A program made the translations under genes and the position numbers. From the NCBI RefSeq assembly GCF_006345805.1, contig NW_021825384.1, forward strand, positions 1 through 16,067: 16,067 nucleotides of DNA, in the 5' to 3' direction. Source of the stretch: Octopus sinensis. Lineage: Eukaryota. Under the pieces are notes generated by a model that was not told where the DNA came from, searched no databases, and saw only the letters and a program-made list of their open reading frames with translations. Below, piece after piece: positions 7,538 to 16,067 of this stretch. The number at the start of each line of letters is the position of its first letter. The first letter of the stretch is position 1.

Positions 7538-9208
7538 TATGTTTGACTTTTGCTTTATATTTGTACAAGTTGGCTCCAAGTCTCACCCAGAGACCTCAAG
7601 AGACAACAGGGTTGAAATTCATGTTGTTGTTATGCCTAGTGTGCCATATATTGGGGGGGGGGGTGTTGTACTAATGAATGTCTAAAAAAAAAATTTTTTT
7701 TTTTTTTTTTAAACCGAAAATTATGTTTGTTTTAAACCTTGAGATTACATAGAAAGTATTTTGCGTAGGATATGAGCAGTTCCCATGAGCACTATCTTTT
7801 GAATTTCTGCCATTTTGGGGTTTCCTGGTATCTGAGTTAGGTAGCTATCTGCCCCTTTTGCTATCATTCCCAGGGCACCTATGACAACAGGTATTGTTTT
7901 AGTCTTCAGCTTCCACATTTTGCTGATTTCTATTTCAAGATCTTTATATTTGCTCAGTTTTTGTAGGTCTTGACAGATACGTTTATATCGATTGGGACAG
8001 TCATATCAATGAGGAGGCATGTTCTTTGTTTGAAGTCTTTCAATATGATGTCTGGCCTATTTGCATCTATCTTTCTGTCAGTTTGAATGGCGAAGTTCCA
8101 GAGGAGTGAGATGTGGTCATTTTCAAGCACTGGGGGTGGTTTGTGTTCCCACCAGTTTTTTTCATGGGGCAAATCCAGGTTTTTACAGATTACCCAGTGA
8201 ATATATTGTGCAGCTCTATCGTGCCTGTTGAGATACTCTGTAGGCGCTAGGAGACTGCACTTGGAGACAACATGGTCAATGGTTTCATTTTGTTGTCGGC
8301 ACACACGACATGTTGGGCTACTGCCGGTTCTTTAATATGTTGGCCTGGTAGTTCCTTGTTGGTAGGCATTGATCTTGAGCTGCTATGATAAATCCTTCTG
8401 GTTCAGATTTTAAGCCAGAGGCCATTAGCCATTGATGGGTCAGGGCTTTGTCAACATCTGCATTATTCGCTCTCTTTGGGTATTTGCCATAGAGAGGTTT
8501 TTCTTGCCCTTTATCATTCAGAATATCTAAGGCAGCAGTTTTAGCACGGGTTTTCATGCGTTTAGCTTTTTCTGTGTTTGTTTCTTGTATGTTTAATTCC
8601 GAAATTTGTTGTATTCGGAATTCACTTAGATATTCCTTTGCCTGTTTTGTTACTGAGCATGATGCTTTCTTGTCTTCATGTTTTGAGACAAGTTTTAACA
8701 TCCAGTTCTCAGAGTTTTTCGGGTAGGTGTCTAGGCAAATTGTAGCAATCTTCATTATTATTGCCAATTGTAAAATCCAGGGCCTCCCTCTTTTCTTGGC
8801 AGATAAAGTCGTTCTATATCTGCCTTAGGGTGGTGCATTCTATGCATTGTCAACAGTTTTCGTATTTTTCTGTCAAGATTACATATTTCAGTAATTGACC
8901 AGTAAACGATATTGAAACTGTAAGTCACGACTGGTATGGCTAAAGCATTGATCGCTTCGATCCTGTTTCTCGCATTCAGCTCTTATTCTGCGATAACATT
9001 CTCTCCTGATCCTTTCCTTCATCACTGAATGCCTTATTCCGTCCCCTTCATTTACCCTTAGGTACTTGTAGCTCTCCGCTGGGTCTAATTATTTTATGAC
9101 ATTCTGCTGGTCAAGATTAACGTTAGATGTTTCTGTCATTTTTCCTTTGATAAAGGTAGCTTTTGCGCATTTATCGAGGCCAAATTGCATTCTGATGTCA
9201 TCACTGAA

Positions 9209-9210
<2 letters not shown>
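7538..9210 (-). mobile_element. R4/Dong-clade non-LTR retrotransposon, 5'-truncated, degenerate copy 2 (RT C-terminus, CCHC knuckle, RLE, 3' UTR)
   Basis: Minus strand: FSDDIRMQFGLDKCAK...SYKYL, LNARNRIEAINALAIPVVTYSF...HPKADIERLYLPRKEGG, EGFIIAAQDQCLPTRNY, CRVC-x8-H-x4-C, ANRPDII...LIDM...K, ending LRKILSM* (stop 7745-7747), then a ~207-nt 3' UTR. In-frame stop at 9089-9091 and several frameshifts. Confidence 0.93.
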
Positions 9211-9258
<48 letters not shown>

Positions 9259-9344
9259 TATTATTATTATTATTATATTATTATTATTATCATTATTACT
9301 ATTATTATTATCATTATTATTATTAATTATTATTATTATTATTA

Positions 9345-9376
<32 letters not shown>

Positions 9377-9426
9377 TATCATTATTATTATTATTATTAT
9401 TATCATCATTATTATTATTATCATCA
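9211..9426. repeat. Long imperfect (TTA)n array at the 5' junction of Dong copy 2
   Basis: Visible directly. Confidence 0.95.
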
Positions 9427-9524
9427 TCTAAAAACAGTCACGCCCTAAATCATAACATTCGTAACCCCTATCATTCATGTGTCTTTTCTTTCTCTGTCTT
9501 TCCTTCTATTTCTTATACATTCAG

Positions 9525-9593
9525 CGAAGGAATATTATTTTTAACGACCCCCTCCCAACCCCGACTCCACACCAGAACAACTGGCAGAGTAAG
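9525..9593 (+). other. Candidate 69-nt internal exon of an unknown transcript
   Basis: ~40-nt pyrimidine tract plus CAG acceptor (AG 9523-9524) and consensus donor AAG|GTGAGT (9591-9599). No expression evidence. Confidence 0.35.
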
Positions 9594-9796
9594 GTGAGTG
9601 GCAGGAGGAGGAGGAGGAGATATGAGTGTGGTGTTAGGATATCTCCTCCCACCACACCTTCCTTGTACTTTACCATACATATTTACAAACCTCGGGAACT
9701 GCCTTAACTCAAATGGTCCTCAAAAGATCTTGTCACCTTTTCAGCGACCAACTTGAACTCTGGGAAGAAAAACTTCAATCTAAAAACTAAAATTCA

Positions 9797-10084
9797 AACA
9801 TACATATATTCGTACATGCTTACGTACGTACATACAAGTACACATACATACATACATACATACATACAAACATACATACATACATACATACATACACACA
9901 CACATACATACATAGATACATATATACATACATACATGCACGCATGCATACATACATACATACATACATACATACATACATTCATACATACATACATTAT
10001 TATTATTATGGCTGCCCCCTCGTTATCGAGTATAGCCATACATACATACATACATACATACATACATACATACATACATACATG

Positions 10085-10115
<31 letters not shown>
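9797..10115. repeat. (CATA)n microsatellite with a short unique island at ~10001-10040
   Basis: Visible directly. Confidence 0.95.
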
Positions 10116-10116
<1 letters not shown>

Positions 10117-10248
10117 AAAAGAAAATACGCTGAGCTATTGAAAAATCTGTTGTTACTCTAGCCAGATTTCAAGTCCGGGTTTATACCTGTAATTATTGGG
10201 GCACTGGGATATGCAACACATGCCTAAATACTAATCTTGAAAAATGAC

Positions 10249-10324
10249 GTATCGATTTGCTCCTCTAGAACCATCAAGGCAGTACACCAGCATGGCCGCA
10301 ATCTAATGACTGAAACATGCAATA
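10249..10324 (+). mobile_element. SINE 3'-tail fragment
   Basis: tcgatttgctc...caaggcagtacaccagcatggccgcaatctaatgactgaaacatg matches the reverse complement of ~12200-12280. Confidence 0.7.
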
Positions 10325-10349
10325 TATACATATACATACGTAGATACAC

Positions 10350-10382
<33 letters not shown>

Positions 10383-10590
10383 ATATATGTATAATATATA
10401 TATATATATACATATATATGTGTGTGTTTGCGTATGTGTATATATATATACACATATATATATATGTATATATATATATATTTATATACATATTCAAACA
10501 TATGCGCACACACATATATATGTATGTATATGTGTGTATATATATATATGTAGTCACATAGATATATGTATGTGAATGTATGTATAAGTA
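10325..10590. repeat. (TA)n/(TG)n microsatellite
   Basis: Visible directly. Confidence 0.9.
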
Positions 10591-10738
10591 TAATATTGTG
10601 CCTTTTCAATAGTATTTGTACTAAGTACACAAATAACATGACAGAAGACACAGTAAGGCGTCGATGTAAAAAAAACTACATATGAAGTCAATGAATAAAT
10701 AATGCCGAAGTATTTGAAATATGAGAGAAGCGACAGGT

Positions 10739-10764
10739 GGGCGGGCGGGCGGGCGGGCGGGCGG
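10739..10764 (+). repeat. (GGGC)6 repeat: overlapping GC boxes, G-quadruplex-competent
   Basis: Six GGG tracts with 1-nt loops at 10739-10761. Confidence 0.85.
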
Positions 10765-10849
10765 AGCGGCGTTTGACCAAGGGAGTTTCCAAGCTACACA
10801 TATTTCACCTCGCAGTTGCATGTGCGCGTCAGCGTGTGTGCTAGTGTCT

Positions 10850-10850
10850 G

Positions 10851-10908
<58 letters not shown>

Positions 10909-10946
10909 ATATATATATGTGTGTGTTGTGTGTGTGTGTGTGTGTT
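10850..10946. repeat. (TA)n-(TG)n microsatellite
   Basis: Visible directly. Confidence 0.9.
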
Positions 10947-11234
10947 TACATATAAGTAGGTGTCAATGTATGTATCTATGTATAAAGGTATGTACATGTT
11001 GTTGCTGACAAGGCGTGGGTTCTATCCTCACAGGCAAGCTTTGGCTTTTTCTATTCAAAAGGGTTTTTAACCCTTTACTTAAATGCTATCGTTATAGCTT
11101 TTTTCTTTTTCTTTTTCTTTTTCTTTTCCAGAATAATTTTATTTCACGTTCTCTGGAAGTTTCTAAATTGTTTTGATATCAACAACAAACGATTTGTCGC
11201 TGGTATGGATAGTGCTTTTCGAAGTTTTGGTAGT

Positions 11235-11922
11235 AGCAGGTGAGATGGAGTATTTCCATTGCATGGGTTGTCTCTTTGTCTCTGGCCCAAAGTGCTGAAC
11301 CCAACACTTATTGTGGAAAACCTTCAAGGAAACTAACCGAATCTGCCTGAAACAATTGCAGATTTTGCCCTGAGTTTTGAACCTGGTGCCCTTTTGAACA
11401 GATGTCAGAAGTCGTGGCACCCACCGAGCAGAAACTCCAAGCAGAAACCCACCAAGCAGAAACGTTCGTCGTGCCAAGTTCATTCTGCAGAATATTCTCG
11501 AATCTCTCGCGGAATATGCTAATAGCATTGTCTCTTTGATTTATAGTCAATCGCCTTTCACCCGTCACCATGTGCTGAACACGATCAGTGTTGGTGGAAG
11601 TTGCAGGACGTTTAGACCTTGGGTCATCTTCAAGGTTCTCTCCTTCCCCTCCCAAATTCAGCTGCACACTTTTGCACTGTTGAAAAGGCTACGACGTTAT
11701 CCCCTAATGTAGCAACTATGTTAGCATGAATATTTCTAGGGGGGCTAAACCCATTTTCTGCAGGTACTCGATTAACACGACGATGCCAGATTCTGTCTGT
11801 TTTCAAGCGGAGCCTGTACAAGTTATTTCTGAAGTCTTCTTTGAACGGTTTACCTGGAAAGAAACAATGCGGTTATTAATAAGGAGAAGGGCTGAAATTG
11901 ATGCATGCAAGATTTCAGGGCT
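11235..11922 (-). pseudogene. Degenerate mariner transposase fossil, N-terminal half (irritans/Himar1-like)
   Basis: Three frames give DRIWHR...IHANIVATLGD...STVQKCAAEF, LEDDPRSKRPAT...RRLTINQ...ENILQNELG, SARWVPRLLT...CWVQHFGPETKRQPMQWK (HTH domains, WVPRLL linker, first catalytic-D region). The apparent start position reads ACA; multiple frameshifts. Subfamily is inferred from motifs. Confidence 0.9.
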
Positions 11923-11925
11923 CTG

Positions 11926-12172
11926 AAAGTGTGTGGCTCAGTGGTTGGGGTATTGAGCTCACGACTGAAAGGTCGAGGGTTCGATTCCTGCAGCGCATTG
12001 TGTCCTTGGGGAAGACACTTTATCTCACGTTGTTCAAGTCCACTCAGCTGGCAAAAATGAGCTGTACCTGTAATTAAAAGAGGGCCAGCCTTTTCCCATC
12101 CTGTGTCCCGCTGAATTACTGGTACGTGAGTTTCTGTTCCATTGATCAGATAGACTGGAACACTCGTCATCG
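11926..12172 (+). mobile_element. tRNA-derived CORE-like SINE
   Basis: A box TGGCTCAGTGG (11934-11944), B box GGTTCGATTCC (11978-11988), CORE-like tgtgtccttggggaagacacttta (11999-12022), unique tail. Confidence 0.85.
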
Positions 12173-12183
12173 TATATATATAC

Positions 12184-12503
12184 ATTCTTTTATTCTTTTA
12201 TTCTGTTACTTGTTTCATTCTTTCGACTGTGACCATGCTGGAGCACCACTTTGAAGGGTTTTAGTCGAACAAATCGATCTCAGGACTTATTTTTAAAGCT
12301 CTAGTACGTATTCTTTGGGACTCGTTTGCCGAACCGCTAAGTAACGGGGACGTAAACACACCAACAGCGGTTGTCAAGCGGTGATGGTGGGCAAACGCAG
12401 ACACAAAGACACACACACATAAACACATACATAATACACACACACAAACAAACACATATATACGACGGGTTTCTTTCAGTTTCCGTCTACCAAATCCACT
12501 CAC

Positions 12504-12507
<4 letters not shown>
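12184..12507 (-). mobile_element. SINE body and tail lacking its tRNA head, with internal (TG)n
   Basis: Reverse complement: ttgtgagtggatttggtagacggaaactgaaagaaacccgtcg-(TG)n-...taagtcctgagatcgatttgttcgactaaaacccttcaaagtggtgctccagcatgg...gaataaaagaataaaagaa; tail shared with 10249-10324. Confidence 0.75.

Positions 12508-12572
<65 letters not shown>
12507..12572. repeat. (CT)n-(TA)n microsatellite
   Basis: Visible directly. Confidence 0.9.
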
Positions 12573-12618
12573 CAAGAACAATCTTACTTAGAAATGGAAG
12601 CGTGTGTTCCGTCATATA

Positions 12619-13054
12619 ATAAATTAATGAATAAAACATATGCATATATATATACATACATGTATATATACCTCTACATGTATATATACATGCATATATG
12701 GGTACAGGACACCAAAAAAACGTCGAACACAATGAGAAACGAAAACATAAACACAAAACCAAGGAACTGGACATTTTTCTTAAACAACGAAAAAATAGAG
12801 TTCAGGACAAATAACACAAGGAAAATTCCCCTTCTTCAGTCGCCATGGTCTCATCTACTCTGCGTTTCGACTCTATTTTTTCGTTGTTTAAGAAAAATGT
12901 CCTTCCTTGGTTTTGTGTTTATGTTTTCGTTTCTCATTGTGTTCGACGTTTTTTTTGTGTGTCCTGTACCCATATATGCATGTATATATGTACATGTAGA
13001 TGTAGGTACGTACATATATGTATGTATATATGCATGTTTTATTTACTAATTTAT
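12619..13054. repeat. Long inverted repeat: ~184-bp arms (12619-12801 / 12870-13054) with a 68-bp spacer
   Basis: The inner ~120 bp of the arms differ only by two small indels; the outer arms are more diverged; flanked by (TA)n on both sides. Confidence 0.92.
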
Positions 13055-13484
13055 AATGTTATATATATATATATATATATAATATATTATATATATATAT
13101 ATATAATAGAAATATTAAATTACTAAGTCTCTCTAAAAGAGAACACACGGCAGCGTTCCTGGAAATTAATAGTTATCGCCATACTAATATGGCATTCTTA
13201 TAAAAATAAGAATAAAGCTGTCCGCTTATTAGCTCCATGAGGCCATCGCCTTAAGTTAGCTATTTGATACACAAACTGTATCCATATAACCTTCGATCAA
13301 GTAGTGTGGAGCGACTGACCTCCCTTGTTCGAAGGATTGTACAGTACAATTACAACGTGCTAACGAGCGATGAAATGCAGATTAACATATATATATACTA
13401 TTTACCTGTCTATAAATACCTTTCTTTCAATTATTCTACACGTAAATTGTCAAACACACTGGATGGATACGTACACCCATATCT

Positions 13485-13893
13485 GACTTACATACACACT
13501 AGTATATACAAACACGCAAGCATGTATACGTACATACATACATGCATACATACAAGAATATATACATACGTACTTACATACATATATACATACATACATA
13601 CATATATACATACATACATACATACATACACACACACATAGACACATACACGCATAAATGCATACATACATACATACATAGACACATACATACATAAATG
13701 CATACATACATGCATACATACACATACATACATAAATGCATACCTTCATATATACATACATACACATATACATACATAAATGCATCCATGCATACATACA
13801 TGCATACATACAAACATACATGCAAGCATACATGCATACATACATGTGTACATACAAACATACACACATTTAAATGCATGCACATATACATAC

Positions 13894-13947
<54 letters not shown>

Positions 13948-14074
13948 ATATATATATTATAAACTTACAGGAGAAAAGAAAAGAAACGAATATTTATCAA
14001 AACATATGTCCATATAAACACACAAATATATCTTGTTATATACATACATATATATGTGTATGTGTGTGTGTGTG

Positions 14075-14117
<43 letters not shown>

Positions 14118-14235
14118 TTTAATTATATATATCTTATACACACATACGTACATACATACAGAAATAAATACATGCATATACATATCTACATATTTACCTA
14201 AGTAAATACACACACACTCACACACACACATGCAT
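13485..14235. repeat. Long compound (CATA)n/(CATG)/(TA)n/(CA)n microsatellite region
   Basis: Visible directly; source of the many YIH/MYV ORFs. Confidence 0.92.
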
Positions 14236-14569
14236 GCGTCTATGCATTGAATGTTTGTTCGTTTTAATAATGTAGTCGGGTATAAAATGATATCTGTTCA
14301 GGTACCCCACCCCACTCGAGTTCCTATTTTATTCAAGAAGTCGGTAAAAACTGCTTCTACCACCTCAACCTTCACATTTTTTTTTATTTTCTGACGTAAG
14401 GTTTTATTTTATTTTAATTTTCTTTGCTGTTTTTTGTTTGGTTGTTTTGATTCTTTCACATCAAAAGAGCCGACCTCATTGAGAACCAATACCAAGCGCT
14501 GTGACCCTTCACCTTTTCTTTGCTCTCTGTCTGCCCCTATTTTTGTCTGTCTGTTTGTCTTCCTCTCTC

Positions 14570-14580
14570 TTAAATATATG

Positions 14581-14617
<37 letters not shown>

Positions 14618-14708
14618 TTATACGTATATAATATGTACATAGTACACACAAACACACACACACACATGTATGCAACAGTCATGTGTGTGTGTGTGTGTGT
14701 GTGTGTGT
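14570..14708. repeat. (TA)n-(CA)n-(TG)n microsatellite
   Basis: Visible directly. Confidence 0.9.
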
Positions 14709-14922
14709 ATTACGTATACTTTGGCCTAGTAATTCTTTAAATTCGTCTTTGTGATGTCTCACGTTTATCAACTTTGTTGTATCATAGACATCGATATCGT
14801 AAAGTCAGCAGACAAATACAGATTGGATGCCCTCCATGTCAGTAGGACGGCTGCAAAGAGCACAACTTGTATGTTTGCATGCTTCTTCTGCTTTATGGGG
14901 TCTCTATTATATAATAGAAGAA

Positions 14923-15105
14923 GAGCGTGGTCAGGGTGGTGCGTTTACGACGGTAAGATGTGTTGAATGCTTGAGCAGAACATTTCACGTTATTCCGGTC
15001 CACTCAGACGGCAAAGATGAATAATCCTGCGAAGGGTCGGCCCAGGAGGAAAAAGTATATTCGTCAGGAAACCAGCCTTATGGCTGGAGAAAGACCTTTC
15101 ATCTC
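14923..15105 (+). mobile_element. Old, degenerate CORE-like SINE
   Basis: gcgtggtcagggtgg...acgacggtaag head; ttgagcagaacatttcacgttattccggtccactcagacggcaaagatga matches 12006-12061; tail aatcctgcgaaggg...aaaccagccttatg resembles the S3 tail. Confidence 0.65.
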
Positions 15106-15267
15106 TCTTTTCATTTCTTCTTTTTTTTTGTTGAATACTATATAAATTATGTGTATGTATAGATACTGTGCTTTTGTCCCTTGTTTCTCCCTACCTGTCA
15201 ACAAAAATATATCAGCAATGGTTGTCCTGCTCTGTTTTGTTTTTTAATCCCAGTCAATCTTAGCTTT

Positions 15268-15440
15268 ATTTATTCAAACCCCGAAGAGTCCCTCTCAACA
15301 CATATCTATGATGTTCCCTCATTACTCCTGCTCATAATCAGAGATGCATATATTGTCAGCCGCTAAGGGACATGTTCAAATGGTTATGGTCAAGCAAAGG
15401 ACAAGCAAAATCTGTGGTATTGAGTAGAATTTTTGCTATA
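15268..15440. mobile_element. Internal fragment of the 546-bp repeat family (cf. 7186-7360)
   Basis: atcagagatgcatatattgtcagccgctaagggacatg...gacaagcaaaatctgtggtattgagtagaat vs atcagagatgcacgtattatcagccactaagggacatg...gacaagcaaatctgtggtattgagcagaat. Confidence 0.8.
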
Positions 15441-15994
15441 ATGATATTTCTGCTTCAGTAACTCAGCGCTGAATCTGCCTGAAATGTAATGGAAAATAGG
15501 TCAGTTTCAAAACATTGGTCATAAAAGCAAAGTTTAAAGGGAATGGAAATCATTTCCTTTGATTTCTGGATAGAAGCAAATAGGAAATAACACTTACTAA
15601 CCAAAAACAAAAATACATAAATAAATAATTATTACGCAGTGAAATCAAATGGCAGTAACAACCTGCTCCACTTAAGAAGGAAAGATAGGCTCAAAATTCA
15701 AGAACTTTCCTAAACTGAACATACCATGAAGGAAAACGGACAGGTTTATTTTCTGGGGATAAGAGGAAGCCGTGGACACGTGTTTCTGGTTCAGAAGCTT
15801 TCATCAACACGACAGTTGTCTGCCCTTATCTCCTGCAGCCCAAAAACTTAGTCTTATACGAAACAGAATGGAAAACAGTATGGTCTGGCGTTGTATCATT
15901 TGAAGTGGAATAAGCCAAGAGAAATAACTCGTGGTAGGCTAGTGGCGTCTATTTGAATAATAATGACAAATATAGGCGAGTCAACGAAGTAATT

Positions 15995-16022
15995 ACACAC
16001 GCACACATACATACATACATAC

Positions 16023-16053
<31 letters not shown>

Positions 16054-16067
16054 CATACATACATACG
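15995..16067. repeat. (CA)/(CATA)n microsatellite running off the window
   Basis: Visible directly. Confidence 0.95.

Noticed and set aside
7653-7710. G11, A10 and T17 homopolymers in the Dong copy 2 3' UTR, absent from copy 1
   Set aside because: Most simply slippage or sequencing error; no functional pattern.
10685-10690. AAGTCA, the TLX half-site (autoregulation)
   Set aside because: A single hexamer is expected several times by chance in 16 kb.
11926-11990. tRNA gene (A and B boxes present)
   Set aside because: No cloverleaf or acceptor stem; it continues into a CORE-like SINE body. The same applies to the Meta-like SINE heads.
12802-12872. Hammerhead-core words GAAAC and CTGAAGA on the minus strand of the IR spacer
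   Set aside because: The order does not fit type I, and I could not build stems I and III or place NUH for type II. An Infernal search with hammerhead models would settle it.
14281-14287. TATAAAA as a promoter
   Set aside because: No clear initiator or downstream exon; common in AT-rich DNA.
15440-15990. Unique sequence as a degraded TE or exon
   Set aside because: The frames I translated gave no recognisable motif, and no repeat partner was seen in the window.

Overview
AT-rich, microsatellite-saturated animal genomic DNA. The SINE families suggest an octopod cephalopod, probably Octopus; this is my recognition, not a database result. The only host coding sequence is the last exon of a tailless/TLX (NR2E1) nuclear receptor at 1-245 (+), followed by its 3' UTR. 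The remaining ~14.5 kb is downstream DNA. It contains two 5'-truncated copies of one R4/Dong-clade non-LTR retrotransposon, each inside a (TTA)n array, and an unclassified 546-bp non-coding repeat sharing one of those arrays. It also has two mariner transposase fossils, eight Meta-like and several CORE-like tRNA SINE pieces with apparently swapped modules, two fold-back inverted repeats, and many TA/CATA/TTA/GAT/GAA microsatellites. Most ORFs in the supplied track are microsatellite artefacts. The most interesting signals are the (TAA)n-centred retroelement hub, the fold-backs, and a candidate 69-nt cassette exon whose donor lies in a hairpin.
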